A stretch of DNA of 64,000 bases from assembly GCA_964343705.1 (NCBI GenBank), contig CAYFJX010000004.1:69583-133582 (forward strand), in the 5' to 3' direction. Numbering within the stretch: position 1 is the stretch's first letter; the number at the start of each line of letters is the position of its first letter. Source of the DNA: an uncultured Methanosarcinales archaeon. Lineage in GTDB: Archaea; Nanobdellota; Nanobdellia; Woesearchaeales; UBA12501. The notes beneath the pieces were generated by a model. It ran no database searches and was not told the DNA's origin. It was given only the letters and a program-made list of their open reading frames with translations. Below, piece by piece: positions 1 through 9,630 of this stretch. The position numbers were made by a program, and so were the translations under genes.

Positions 1-61
1 GTGGTGGTGCTGCTGTGGCTTTACCACCTTCAACTAAGACATCAATACTTTCACTTGCCAT
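1..61 (-). CDS. rpl11: 50S ribosomal protein L11 (uL11), N-terminal fragment running off the window
   Basis: Minus-strand ATG at 61..59 translates MASESIDVLVEGGKATAAPP, the conserved uL11 N-terminus. It lies in the archaeal secE-spt5-rpl11 order. Confidence 0.7.
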   Translation of the reverse strand, partial: MASESIDVLVEGGKATAAPP

Positions 62-80
62 AGTGCTTTCGGAGAAACCA

Positions 81-96
81 GGGGTTTATAAAGCTT
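81..96 (-). promoter_or_regulatory. Archaeal BRE/TATA promoter (aagctttataaacccc on minus strand) for rpl11
   Basis: The TATA element tttataaa ends about 24 nt upstream of the rpl11 ATG. The identical 16-mer precedes rps7 at 59642..59657. Confidence 0.5.
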
Positions 97-132
97 GCGG
101 CTTTCTTGCTAGTAACGGCCAGAAATAGGGGT

Positions 133-627
133 TTACTCTTCGTTTTCTTCTTCACCCTCACGCCGAATAACCTTAACAGCGTCAAATTTAAGGGTGATAG
201 GGATAGGAACAGCAGCTTCAAGCAGTTCAACAACAACTTCTTCCTTGGTCTTATCAATACGTGTGATCTTACACTTTTCACGCTTGAAAGGACCAGAGAT
301 GATCTCAGCAATGTCATTCTTTTGAATGTTTACTTCGTGCTTTTTCTGCTCAACCATGTGTTCCATTTCAGAAAAGTCAACAGTATTAGGCAGTATTCCT
401 CGTGCGTATGGAATGTTTAATGCAGCTTGTTCAGCATCTGAACGTGTAGCAGCTTCAAGGAAGATATAGCCTCTCATACCATGTGGTCTAATAACTGAAT
501 ACACAGCGATTTTCTTCTTGTCTGCATTGCTTACAATAAAGTCCATGACTTGGTCTTCACGGTTTGCTGTAGTTCGCAGTGCAAAGATAGTGCTCTGTTT
601 TTCAGTTGTTGTTTCTGCTTCTGTCAT
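133..627 (-). CDS. spt5: Transcription elongation factor Spt5 (archaeal NusG homolog, NGN + KOW)
   Basis: 164 aa with a KOW-like C-terminus (KITRIDKTKEEVVVELLEAAVPIPITL) and an NGN-like N-terminus. It sits immediately downstream of secE and upstream of rpl11. Confidence 0.8.
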   Translation of the reverse strand: MTEAETTTEKQSTIFALRTTANREDQVMDFIVSNADKKKIAVYSVIRPHGMRGYIFLEAATRSDAEQAALNIPYARGILPNTVDFSEMEHMVEQKKHEVNIQKNDIAEIISGPFKREKCKITRIDKTKEEVVVELLEAAVPIPITLKFDAVKVIRREGEEENEE

Positions 628-628
628 T

Positions 629-835
629 TTAGATAATCAGTTTTGCAAGCATAAATATGAGGAATCCGAGCAAGCCAATAATTAGCATGCCAAGCGCTGA
701 AACCTTAACAATGGTCTTAAATTCCATGCCAGTTGGCTTTTGAGTCACTTTTAAGACTCGAAGGCATTCTTGGTAGTACGCCTGCAGCCATGTCCAGCTT
801 CGTTGGAGCTTGCTTTGCTTAATTTCGGTCTCCAT
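629..835 (-). CDS. secE: Protein translocase subunit SecE / Sec61-gamma
   Basis: 68 aa with a single C-terminal TM helix (LGMLIIGLLGFLIFMLAKLII). It is tightly coupled to spt5, with a 1-nt gap. Confidence 0.75.
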   Translation of the reverse strand: METEIKQSKLQRSWTWLQAYYQECLRVLKVTQKPTGMEFKTIVKVSALGMLIIGLLGFLIFMLAKLII

Positions 836-907
836 TATCCTCAGAGGTCTGTCATTATTTAAAAGTCTTTCTGTTTGTTAGGTATCTGAAAGCAGGTTAG
901 AAGGCGG

Positions 908-1951
908 TTATAACAGGTGTAGGGCGGTTACAATCTCTTGTGTGTCTTGTGTGTATTTTAGTGCTGCTGCCCTTGCTTGATCTACCTTGTCTTGGCCAAA
1001 ATTAATGTCATGAACGCGTTGTGCAGCATTAGTGAGTGCTGCCACACGCTGAGCCAAGTGAGATGTGTACGCTTCATCTGCCTTTGTTGTGCTTGGTTCA
1101 CCTAATTTTTCAATCTTATCTGCAAGCTCTTCAGCATATGCAGTTAATGCGACTGCATGTTGGAAGTGGGTGGATTCTAAGAGCTTTCTCAAACCTGGAA
1201 GTACATGATCATGTGCATATACCAGATCTTCGACGCCTATGTCATCTCCCATGCGAATACAGAAGGCATTGTTACCAGATGAACCAAGATTATATCTTTG
1301 GCCGTTACCTCCAGATCTATAAACTGGTTTCTGAAAACCATTGCCTGTAACTTCATTTAAGATGTAGCTAAACAGTACAGTGGCGTCTTCATAGCTGCTG
1401 TTTTGGCTGTGTAATCTTGGTCTTAGTGAGTAGGGCAATCCAGGTCTTCCACATTGAGTTACTGCCATTACTCCTAACAGCAGATTGTCAGGAAGCTTGT
1501 CTTGATTAAGGTCATGCTGTGACAAGCCTGCTCCTAAATTAAGCTTTTTTTCATCTCCTCGCATAAGTGTAGCATACACACGTAGTTCTGTTTCACCTCG
1601 TTCTTGTAATGGCGCACCACGTGTTTCTCGCGCATGGTCAAGATCAACACGCTTTCTTTTAAATGTGCGAAGTCTTCTTTTTTGCTTTGGAGTTGGTTGC
1701 AGGGCGAACATACCAACAGAATGTCTTCTTGAACCATTCTTATGTGACGCATAAAATGGGATGCTATCCTCATCAACAAGTCCTTGCTCAATAAGAAATG
1801 CGCGTACTCTATCCACTCCTTTTTTGGTGAGTGTAAGATGGCCAGGTTTGTCTTCTTTATGTATCTCACAAAGATGTCCAAGATCTCCTTGAAAAATCCT
1901 TTGATGAGGTGTCTCTAATTCTGGAACACGCTCAAGGTTCAGGTCTGCCAT
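908..1951 (-). CDS. Hypothetical protein, paralog A of a tandem pair (unknown family)
   Basis: 347 aa. Its N-terminus MADLNLERVPELETPHQRIFQGD closely matches the neighbouring ORF (MPDISFERVPELETPHQRIYKGD), and further similarity runs along the length (ELRVYA, NPY). Confidence 0.55.
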   Translation of the reverse strand: MADLNLERVPELETPHQRIFQGDLGHLCEIHKEDKPGHLTLTKKGVDRVRAFLIEQGLVDEDSIPFYASHKNGSRRHSVGMFALQPTPKQKRRLRTFKRKRVDLDHARETRGAPLQERGETELRVYATLMRGDEKKLNLGAGLSQHDLNQDKLPDNLLLGVMAVTQCGRPGLPYSLRPRLHSQNSSYEDATVLFSYILNEVTGNGFQKPVYRSGGNGQRYNLGSSGNNAFCIRMGDDIGVEDLVYAHDHVLPGLRKLLESTHFQHAVALTAYAEELADKIEKLGEPSTTKADEAYTSHLAQRVAALTNAAQRVHDINFGQDKVDQARAAALKYTQDTQEIVTALHLL

Positions 1952-2000
1952 GAAACAAAAGAAAAAAGAAGGTAGTTAAAAAGTTTGTGCATAGTGTTAA

Positions 2001-3071
2001 TTATATTCCCTGCAGCATCTGTGTGATGTCTTCGTGTTGTCGAGCATAGGTAAAAGCTGCTTCCATTGCTTTTACTTGTTCGTTCATGCCAAAATGTTCG
2101 TAGGCATTTGCATTCATGGTTGTACGGACAGTGTCTAACTTACCATCAAGATCTGCTCGCGCTTCATCGCTTAGCGGAGCTCTCACATTAAAAACATTAT
2201 CAGGTGTTAACTCTTTTAGTGCTTTTTGTACCTGTTGATTGTACCCTCTCAATGCAACAGCTTTTTGAAACTCTGCAGATCCCATAAGTTTTTGCAGACT
2301 CACAACATACGTGTCTCGTGCATTCACCAGTTTTTCAGCAGTTGTCTCGTCAGTAAGCCGTAAAAATAAGCCTTTGCCTGATGCAGGATTGAGTCGGTAG
2401 CGTTGATTATCTCTTCTTTGATCAAGCCAGGTGATTATAAAATCATTATTTCCTGTAATTTCTTCTTGGATTGCATGAAGCATTTGAGAAGCAAATGGTT
2501 CTCCTTCTTCATGCCGGTGTGCTTGGTCAATTGAGTAGGGGTTTGTTCCTCCACCAAAAACCAGCAAAGCAGAGACAGCAAGGTACAAGTTTTCAGGCAA
2601 GTTTCCTTTTGTTGGTCTGAGACGAGTGGGTAAACTAACTGAGTCACCTGATCCTTGTACAGGGTATGCATACACTCGTAATTCTACCATGCCTTTTTCA
2701 AGGGGTGGGAGTTCATCATTATAACGCCATACATCAAGATCTCTTCCTCTGAGTTCTGTTTTCATACGGCGTGCAATATCTTCATATCCTTGACGTAGTG
2801 CTGGTTGTGGGACAAGCACATAAGACCCTATCATCTTCCTTTCTCTAGCAACTTCTCGTGCTTCAAAAACAGGCTGGCTACCTTCAGGAACAAGGCCTTG
2901 GCCTGCAAGAAATGCAGCTATGTCTTCAAGTGCGTCATTTCCATGATCATTTTCATTCAACCAATCAAGTCCACCATGGGCATAGAACAGCAACTCTTCA
3001 AAGTCACCCTTGTATATTCGTTGATGTGGTGTTTCCAGTTCTGGAACACGCTCAAAAGAAATGTCTGGCAT
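2001..3071 (-). CDS. Hypothetical protein, paralog B of a tandem pair (unknown family)
   Basis: 356 aa. It shares its N-terminal motif and several internal motifs with 908..1951. Confidence 0.55.
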   Translation of the reverse strand: MPDISFERVPELETPHQRIYKGDFEELLFYAHGGLDWLNENDHGNDALEDIAAFLAGQGLVPEGSQPVFEAREVARERKMIGSYVLVPQPALRQGYEDIARRMKTELRGRDLDVWRYNDELPPLEKGMVELRVYAYPVQGSGDSVSLPTRLRPTKGNLPENLYLAVSALLVFGGGTNPYSIDQAHRHEEGEPFASQMLHAIQEEITGNNDFIITWLDQRRDNQRYRLNPASGKGLFLRLTDETTAEKLVNARDTYVVSLQKLMGSAEFQKAVALRGYNQQVQKALKELTPDNVFNVRAPLSDEARADLDGKLDTVRTTMNANAYEHFGMNEQVKAMEAAFTYARQHEDITQMLQGI

Positions 3072-3164
3072 GTGTATTTTCTAGTAAATAGACTATAAAA
3101 ATATGGTTGTAGTGGAGTATACAATTGGGAAGGTTTATATTGGGCCTGTTTTCCCTGTATTATT

Positions 3165-4016
3165 ATGCCAAGCAAACAACTCCAAGATTTAGTGGAACGC
3201 GTTGTAGCTGATATGCCTCTTGAAGATAGAACTTTTCCAAGAATACAAAATGAACTGATGGTTGAAGCTGGAGAGATTCAGCTTGTTCATGAAGCGTTGC
3301 AGGAGGATGACTTATATGAGCTTCTTGAAGACATTGCAGGGGAGTATGGTCTTCAGTTGTTCACTCCTGAACTTATACAACATATGGAATTAGAGTCAAT
3401 GAGTCGACGTCAAATTGAAGTCATGGGTTCATCAATGCAACATCTTCCTATTTTTTGGGAGAAAGTTAAAAACAAAAAGAGTCAGGCTACTCTTTTAGAT
3501 ATTGCAGAACGAGGTTTTGTATATCATGTTCGTGTCGGCAGGAAGAGGTATGTTGTGAAACCAATTCAAGGCGAGGAAGAACCAGAAATTGCACAGGTTG
3601 CTTCAGATATTGGTGTTGGGCCTGAGGTTGTAGAAGTTACACCTGAATGGATTGCTGAAGAATATGTTGAAGGTGTACCTTTGTATAAATCAGGCATAAC
3701 TAAACACCCTGCTGTTCCTTGGCTTGCTAAAGTTTTTGGTACACTTCACAGAAATGGTATTGCATACATTGATGACTTTAGTGATTCACGTGGCCATTTC
3801 ATTTTTAATCCTAAAGGTCCTAAACTTATTGATTATGGTGTTGCTTCTCGTCGTAGAAGTACAGAATATGACCTTGAGCATGTTGAGGTGTATCTTGAAA
3901 CAGATACGCTTTATGAACAATTTAAGGAAGTGTATCAACAGGTGTTGAAAGAAGAAAATAAACCCAAAGAAAAAAATAAAATTATTGCTGGACTGAAATC
4001 TTTGTTTCGACTTTGA
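3165..4016 (+). CDS. Atypical protein-kinase-like (RIO/Bud32-like fold) protein, possibly a pseudokinase
   Basis: The C-terminal half has a kinase-like layout: GFVYHVRVGRKRYVVKP (Gly-loop plus Lys), EYVEG hinge, IAYIDDFSDSRGHFIF...KLIDYGVA (catalytic-loop and DFG-like). The catalytic residues are non-canonical. Confidence 0.45.
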   Translation: MPSKQLQDLVERVVADMPLEDRTFPRIQNELMVEAGEIQLVHEALQEDDLYELLEDIAGEYGLQLFTPELIQHMELESMSRRQIEVMGSSMQHLPIFWEKVKNKKSQATLLDIAERGFVYHVRVGRKRYVVKPIQGEEEPEIAQVASDIGVGPEVVEVTPEWIAEEYVEGVPLYKSGITKHPAVPWLAKVFGTLHRNGIAYIDDFSDSRGHFIFNPKGPKLIDYGVASRRRSTEYDLEHVEVYLETDTLYEQFKEVYQQVLKEENKPKEKNKIIAGLKSLFRL

Positions 4017-4026
4017 TCCCTCAACA

Positions 4027-5304
4027 TTAATCAACAAATTCTATCCCAAGCTCAGTCTCAATCTCTTTTTTCCGTCGAGTACCAACCTTGCGCTCAGGCC
4101 CAAAGATCTGTGAGGACTTAACACCAGTCACAATAATCAATGTTCTCACAATGTTTTGTAGGTCGTCATTGATCAAGGCTCCCCAGATTATTTTTGCATC
4201 TTCATCAAGTCGTTCAGATACTTTTTCAACAATCTTACGAGCTTCATCTAGTGTCATGTCTGGACCACCAGCAACATTGATCAGTGCTCCATTAGCACCG
4301 CTAATGTCAACATCAAGAAGTGGGTTGGTGATTGCTTTTTCAACTGATTCAAGCGCACGGTTCTCAGTGTCACTTTCCCCTACACCAATCATTGCAACTC
4401 CGCCATTACCCATGATTGCTCGAATGTCTGCAAAGTCAAGGTTTACAAGACCAGCTTTAGTTACTAATTCTGCAACTCCTTTTACTGCGTTGGTAAGAAT
4501 TTCATCTGCAACTTTAAATGATGTATGTAGTGGCAGGTCTGGTGCTAATTCCAGAAGTTTGTCGTTAGGAATAACAATCAGTGTGTCAACAGTGTTTTCA
4601 AGTTTTTCAAGTCCAATCACTGCGTTTTCATATCGTCGTTGTCCTTCCATTGCAAATGGCATGGTCACAATTCCCACTGTGAGTGAGCCAAGTTTTTTAG
4701 CTATTTCTGCGATAACTGGTGCTGAACCTGTTCCAGTTCCCCCACCAAGACCGCATGTAATAAAGATCATATCAGATTCGCGGAGCATTTCTTTAAGTTC
4801 TGCCTCGCTTTCACGAGCAGCGTCTTCTCCAATTTTAGGTATGCTTCCTGCACCCATTCCTCGTGTAATATCCTTGCCAATAAGCAATTTCTTATCAGCA
4901 GTGGTGTACAAAAGATCTTGTGCATCAGTGTTGATTGCAATTGTTTCAGCACCGCGAATACCAACTTCAGCCATTCTGTTGACTGTGTTGTTTCCACCAC
5001 CACCACAGCCAATCACTTTGATCTTAGCTCGTTGGTGTTTGAGCATTTCTTCAAGTTCAAGATCTGCTGATCGTTGCTTTTCTGGTGTAATCTGTTTTGG
5101 AACAGGTGGAGCAGCTGGTTTTACCTCTTCTTTTGGCTTTATAGTAAAGCTAGAAGGTTGTGAAGGAGGCGTCGGCGTACTTGCTGGAGGAGTGTAGAAA
5201 GAACTACCTCCTGTACTACTTGGTGTTGTCGTTGTATTGCTTGTGCTTCCAAATGGTTTGTTAGATTCTTGATTAGGTTGTTGTTGAGAATGATTACTAT
5301 CCAT
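4027..5304 (-). CDS. ftsZ: Cell division GTPase FtsZ with an N-terminal Ser/Thr/Pro-rich low-complexity extension
   Basis: Carries the GGGTGTG tubulin signature and the [19 protein letters not shown]-terminal motif. The ORF is open to 5469, but the start at 5304 (MDSNHSQ) is preferred: it has a ggtgaggtg SD-like sequence 6 nt upstream and a tttatata box further upstream, and the longer ORF would overlap the FKBP gene. Confidence 0.85.
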   Translation of the reverse strand: MDSNHSQQQPNQESNKPFGSTSNTTTTPSSTGGSSFYTPPASTPTPPSQPSSFTIKPKEEVKPAAPPVPKQITPEKQRSADLELEEMLKHQRAKIKVIGCGGGGNNTVNRMAEVGIRGAETIAINTDAQDLLYTTADKKLLIGKDITRGMGAGSIPKIGEDAARESEAELKEMLRESDMIFITCGLGGGTGTGSAPVIAEIAKKLGSLTVGIVTMPFAMEGQRRYENAVIGLEKLENTVDTLIVIPNDKLLELAPDLPLHTSFKVADEILTNAVKGVAELVTKAGLVNLDFADIRAIMGNGGVAMIGVGESDTENRALESVEKAITNPLLDVDISGANGALINVAGGPDMTLDEARKIVEKVSERLDEDAKIIWGALINDDLQNIVRTLIIVTGVKSSQIFGPERKVGTRRKKEIETELGIEFVD

Positions 5305-5422
5305 GCACCTCACCCCAGGTTTTTCTCTTTTATTACTGTTAGTCCCCTCTTTTTTTAAACTTTCCAGTGTAAACGGAGACCGAGCTGGTATATAAAGTTT
5401 GTTGTGGTAGAAAAGAATGAAC

Positions 5423-6157
5423 TTATTGTTGTGGTGATGGCTCTGTAGGTTGCTCTGCTGGTTTTTCACTCTTTTTTTCTTCTTCCTTTTTCTGATCTTT
5501 GTCAGTTACAATCTTGACACCTTTAATTTCTTTGATAAGCTCGCTTGCTTTCTTACCAAAACCTTCTTCAAGTGTCTTATGTAACTCAGCAGGAATGTTT
5601 CCGCCCAGTTTTAGTTGAGCAATGCCATCTTTAATAGATACTTTAATGCCTTTTTGGTTAAATGTCAAATCCGCCAGTGCTTGTATTTTTTCTTCTGGCT
5701 TGTCAACCATGCGTTTTACATCAACGTCATAGATAACATCTCTTCCGGACAGAGGATGATTAAGATCAACAAGAATTCGGCCACCAGACACACTCTTAAT
5801 GGTTGCCATGTGATTATCAATATTTACCTGCAGCCCAGGTACTGGCTGAATATTTTGTTCTTTGAACTTTCTCAAGGGGATCATTTGTACAAGTTTTGCT
5901 GATTTCTTACCAAATGCTTGTTCAGGGGGCAGTTCAACACTATGCTTGCCGATTGCTTTTCCTTCAAGTTCCTCGTCAAGACCTTTGATTAAATGACCTT
6001 CACCAAGACAGATAACAACTGGGCCGTATACTTGGTTTGACTGAGCAATGCCTTCTTTTTCAGCTACAGCTTTGCTTGTGGTGTCAAAAACCATACCGCC
6101 TTCTTTGACTTTGCCAGTGTAATCAACTTCAATGAAGTCTCCTTTCTTGAGTGTCAT
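5423..6157 (-). CDS. FKBP-type peptidyl-prolyl cis-trans isomerase (long archaeal SlyD-like type) with a Lys/Glu-rich tail
   Basis: Contains [27 protein letters not shown] and [13 protein letters not shown], typical of archaeal FKBP. Confidence 0.75.
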   Translation of the reverse strand: MTLKKGDFIEVDYTGKVKEGGMVFDTTSKAVAEKEGIAQSNQVYGPVVICLGEGHLIKGLDEELEGKAIGKHSVELPPEQAFGKKSAKLVQMIPLRKFKEQNIQPVPGLQVNIDNHMATIKSVSGGRILVDLNHPLSGRDVIYDVDVKRMVDKPEEKIQALADLTFNQKGIKVSIKDGIAQLKLGGNIPAELHKTLEEGFGKKASELIKEIKGVKIVTDKDQKKEEEKKSEKPAEQPTEPSPQQ

Positions 6158-6209
6158 ACTGCTTTGGAGAAAGAGGGGATATATAAAGGTATTTGCTGGG
6201 AGAGGGTCT

Positions 6210-6626
6210 TTAAACAGTAAGAACTTTTCTAAGCTCAGGAGTTGAGTGTACCATAATCACCGATTGTTGTTTTAACAGTGGCTCATTTGACCATATTTCT
6301 GCCTTAAGCTTCAATGCTAAGGCAAAGAAAGGAGCATCTTTTTCATCGGGTGAGATATCTTTTCCTTCTTCTTTCATATCACTGAAAAAAGATAAAGACT
6401 TTTTATCAACAAAGAGATCAAGTAATGTGAATATTTTTTCTAGTTCGTTTTCGTTTTTTAGTTTTGTGTATTTTAGGAGGTCATTTGCATTATTTTGTAA
6501 TTCTTCAAAAGCATATTCAGGTGTAAACAACTCTAACCCTAGCTGGTTTGCATTAACAATAATTGATCTTACTGGATTTTCCCTAAAAAATGAGAACAGG
6601 ATATTTGTATCTACAACGAGTCTCAT
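6210..6626 (-). CDS. vapC: PIN-domain ribonuclease toxin (VapC-like)
   Basis: Begins MRLVVDTNILFSFF (PIN N-terminal Asp motif), is 138 aa, and abuts the upstream RHH gene. Confidence 0.7.
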   Translation of the reverse strand: MRLVVDTNILFSFFRENPVRSIIVNANQLGLELFTPEYAFEELQNNANDLLKYTKLKNENELEKIFTLLDLFVDKKSLSFFSDMKEEGKDISPDEKDAPFFALALKLKAEIWSNEPLLKQQSVIMVHSTPELRKVLTV

Positions 6627-6866
6627 TTACCAACCTTGTGTTTTGTATTTTTTGAGCATGCTCTTTTTTGCTTTCTCTCCAAGTTTTAGGCATTGTTCTT
6701 CTGTAAGCTCAGAATTTTCAAGCATGCTGTCAAGTTTTTTGAGAACCATTGCTCGTTTTATTTTTTCTGATAGAAATCCTCTAATTACTTCAGACCAGTT
6801 CAATTCAGGAAGTTTGTCCATCTTATTCTTGAGTTCGTTGGGGATTGCTATAGTTAAATTTGGCAT
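6627..6866 (-). CDS. vapB: Ribbon-helix-helix / CopG-like antitoxin (VapB-like)
   Basis: 79 aa. Begins MPNLTIAIPNELKNKMDKL, an RHH beta-strand start, and sits directly upstream of the PIN gene with no gap. Confidence 0.6.
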   Translation of the reverse strand: MPNLTIAIPNELKNKMDKLPELNWSEVIRGFLSEKIKRAMVLKKLDSMLENSELTEEQCLKLGEKAKKSMLKKYKTQGW

Positions 6867-6943
6867 AAGGCACCTCCACAGTTCTCTGTGTAAATCGTGT
6901 AAGTTGTGAATGTATTTAAATGTTTTGTTTTCTGGGGGGTGTC

Positions 6944-7708
6944 TTACATGCTTGGACCAACAGGTGCTGCAACACGCTCCTCAAGTCCTTGTTCTTGAGG
7001 CTTTTCTGTTGGTTTTCGTTCACCCTTAGGTTGTCTTATTGCAACAAGAGTATTGCCTTTTGGTGTTACTTGGAAGATCGGTTCGTCAGTTATTCCTGTT
7101 ACTTCTAATGCCTGGGCGTATTGTTCATAAATTCCAAGTTTTCTATATGCTTCTCCATAGGTTGTTTGTTCTACAAGCCCATTGTCAATAGCGTATTGCA
7201 TACTTGGACACTCAAGATGCGCAATGTGATACGCATTCCATGGATTAAGAAGGTCATCTGGTGTATAAGTGGTGGCCTTGTTTTCTTTGATTTCAGACAG
7301 AATCATGGTGAACAACCTCCCTTCATATTTTTCTTGATCATACTTTCGCTTTCTCCGCTTTAAGTCAAAGCCACACCACCAACCTGCAACCTGTGCGTCA
7401 TAGCGTTTTAGTGTTTCTCCATCAGGGTTTGGGGTGTATAAGGGGTTTTGAATGATTGATCCTTCAAACAAACCACGATTTGTTCTGTTATCAAAAAATC
7501 GTCGCCAAACTCCCCTGTCAAAAGTCAAATCGGAATCCTGTAAGAATTTAGAGAAGAGTATTATTCTCCCAACAGTCGAGAGAAAGAAATTTAACATTGG
7601 ACGTACAATTCTACTTCTAGCAAGGCCCTCAATAAATTTTTCCTGCTTCTCGTCGCGGTACTTGTACTCCAAATCTTTCTTTGGTTCTGGTACTGGTTTC
7701 TCGTCCAT
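6944..7708 (-). CDS. Hypothetical protein
   Basis: 254-aa ORF with no recognisable motifs. It is transcribed divergently from the palindromic element. Confidence 0.4.
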   Translation of the reverse strand: MDEKPVPEPKKDLEYKYRDEKQEKFIEGLARSRIVRPMLNFFLSTVGRIILFSKFLQDSDLTFDRGVWRRFFDNRTNRGLFEGSIIQNPLYTPNPDGETLKRYDAQVAGWWCGFDLKRRKRKYDQEKYEGRLFTMILSEIKENKATTYTPDDLLNPWNAYHIAHLECPSMQYAIDNGLVEQTTYGEAYRKLGIYEQYAQALEVTGITDEPIFQVTPKGNTLVAIRQPKGERKPTEKPQEQGLEERVAAPVGPSM

Positions 7709-7744
7709 ATCATGCTGGTTTTCTGGATGATTTATATCTTTTTT

Positions 7745-7912
7745 GGGGTGTGTCCCGAATCTTGCTTTTTGTGCAGGAGGGATAGCACTGCGAAGGTTAA
7801 CGCTCGCATCCGCTCGCTGATTCTACGTCGGCACCCCTGCATAAATCGGGGTGCCTCCGAACAGACTTCAAGGCAGTGCTATCCCTCAGAAAGACTCTCG
7901 GGACATACCCTC
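7745..7912. repeat. GC-rich nested palindromic element (REP-B family, full copy) filling a divergent intergenic region
   Basis: Three nested inverted-repeat pairs: ggggtgtgtcccga(7745)/tcgggacatacccc(7898), gggatagcactgc(7779)/gcagtgctatccc(7873) and ggcacccc(7830)/ggggtgcc(7848). The right half recurs at 55503..55570. Confidence 0.7.
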
Positions 7913-7955
7913 TTTTTTGGCAAGGCTTAAATACATCCACCCTACACGCTCAATC

Positions 7956-8894
7956 ATGACACGCGTTGTAGTTGAAGGACGGCTTGCCACTCCAAGTATG
8001 CATCACGGCATGCCAGTTTGGCGAGAAGCTGGCACACACCCTATCACTTTGGCAAAAGTTCCAGTAACTGGTGACAAGCTTGAAGAATCAGTTCTGTTGC
8101 GTCCTGATTATGTGCCGCGCGGGGTTGAGCGTGAGCTTGTACAATTAGACTCGTTTCGTCGTGGCAGAACCATTGATGTCTTCCTTGATGAACCTATAGA
8201 GATTGGTGGCAAACCGTATACCATCCTTAATTTCAAAGGTGTTGGTGCAGATGCAGATCAACCAATGGCTATTCGCCGTGATGATTGGTGGGTTGGCGAA
8301 CTCGGTCGAGGTCATTGGGGTTGGAATGAAGAGCAAGGCGAGCGAATGTGGGGAGCAATGAAAACAGACAGAGCTGAAAAAGCATTTTCCTCAACAGTTC
8401 TTGCGAACTTGGCAGCTCCGGAAATCGGTTATGTTGCTTGCAATCCAATTCCAGAAAAAATTTTACCATTACTACACCCTTCTGAACCCTTAAGTCAGAT
8501 TGTTCGAGCATACAATACTAACATGCGCCATGATGATCCCTTTGCATACACGCAGTTGAAAGATGCAGGTGTTCAATTTGATCCTGTGGAAGTTGCAGAG
8601 CAAGACGCTGCTATGTTCAACAATATTAGGAAACTTGCAGAGCAAGGAAAAATGTTAATTGTTGGTGGAAGTATTGCAGGAAACCGCATGCTTACTGGCG
8701 AGTTTATTGATCGCCAAAATTATTGGGTTGAAAGCGCTGCAGGAAAGCCAGGACAATACTTGCAAACACACATGTGGCGATTTATCGGCGAGACTATTGA
8801 TACATCACAAAAAGCGCTTGGTCCTGAAGCTGAAAAAGTCTACAATGCTCACTTAAGAAAAAAAGTTACCTTCTCAGTCAGTCATATGTTGTGA
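7956..8894 (+). CDS. Hypothetical protein
   Basis: The ORF is open from 7851, but that stretch lies inside the repeat element. The start is called at MTRVVVEGRL (7956). Confidence 0.45.
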   Translation: MTRVVVEGRLATPSMHHGMPVWREAGTHPITLAKVPVTGDKLEESVLLRPDYVPRGVERELVQLDSFRRGRTIDVFLDEPIEIGGKPYTILNFKGVGADADQPMAIRRDDWWVGELGRGHWGWNEEQGERMWGAMKTDRAEKAFSSTVLANLAAPEIGYVACNPIPEKILPLLHPSEPLSQIVRAYNTNMRHDDPFAYTQLKDAGVQFDPVEVAEQDAAMFNNIRKLAEQGKMLIVGGSIAGNRMLTGEFIDRQNYWVESAAGKPGQYLQTHMWRFIGETIDTSQKALGPEAEKVYNAHLRKKVTFSVSHML

Positions 8895-8895
8895 T

Positions 8896-9630
8896 TTAGT
8901 CTTTTGACGTCATGGGTTTGGCAATCTTCCATAACAACTCAAAATGTTTTCTATATGACTCAGCAAGTTGTTTGTTCTTGATAAAAATAATCATGAGTGG
9001 TTCCCAGATCTCAATACAGACTGTATCACCAAAAATAAATGTGGGGGTTGGACTAAAATATCTTTTTGGAATTGTTCTATACTCCAAGTGGGGTTCGTCA
9101 TACACAAATGCTCCTTCCCAAGTTATGATTCTTTCATTTACCCCTGCTTCTTTTTCTTTTCGAAATACTTGTTTCATTTCAATGCTAAACTTTTTTTCAA
9201 ACTCTTTTTCATCAACACCAAAGATAAGCAGCTCTTTTCCTGTTTTTACAATTTCATTGCTTAATCGTCTAAAACCTTCAATTCCTCTGAATACTTCTAC
9301 GGTGCCTTCATGTTTTTCGTGTTTTTGTAAATTAATTAGTTTATTAAAGACTGTTTTGAGGTTTTCTTTTTTGCTTTCAAGCAGTTCAAAGAGTTTGTCT
9401 GGGTGTGCTGCGGTGTACACATGGGTGCCATGTTCTATTATGTCACTCACTAATCCTTTATTGCCCAGTTTTTCAAGAAAATCGTAGATTGTTGTTCTGT
9501 GCAGGTTTGTTGCTCGTTTTATGTTGTGAACATTACTTGGTCCAAGCTTGAGCAAGGCGAGGTATACTTTGGTCTCGCCAGTGCTTAGTCCAAGCTCATT
9601 GAGCACCTCATTGAGGGCATTCTCCATCAT
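8896..9630 (-). CDS. TrmB-family transcriptional regulator (HTH + C-terminal effector domain)
   Basis: N-terminal wHTH (LSTGETKVYLALLKLGPSNVHNIKRATNLHRTTIYDFLEKL), 244 aa. A truncated paralog lies at 23097..23399. Confidence 0.65.
   Translation of the reverse strand: MMENALNEVLNELGLSTGETKVYLALLKLGPSNVHNIKRATNLHRTTIYDFLEKLGNKGLVSDIIEHGTHVYTAAHPDKLFELLESKKENLKTVFNKLINLQKHEKHEGTVEVFRGIEGFRRLSNEIVKTGKELLIFGVDEKEFEKKFSIEMKQVFRKEKEAGVNERIITWEGAFVYDEPHLEYRTIPKRYFSPTPTFIFGDTVCIEIWEPLMIIFIKNKQLAESYRKHFELLWKIAKPMTSKD

Noticed and set aside
4088-5197. 369-aa plus-strand ORF antisense to ftsZ, and similar long antisense ORFs such as 26440..27075, 8912..9487 and 30185..30484
   Set aside because: They lie entirely inside well-supported genes on the opposite strand. 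They have low-complexity or Ser/Cys-rich translations and no start context. They are frame shadows of the real genes.
5305-5469. Longer FtsZ start at 5469
   Set aside because: It would overlap the FKBP gene by 47 nt and lacks an SD or TATA. The 5304 ATG has a ggtgaggtg SD-like sequence and an upstream TATA box.
7851-7955. Upstream extension of ORF 7851..8894, and the short ORFs 7712..7930 and 55433..55624 translating the REP-B repeat
   Set aside because: These reading frames run through the GC-rich palindromic repeat and are conserved at nucleotide level rather than protein level. The gene start was moved to 7956, and the short ORFs are not called.
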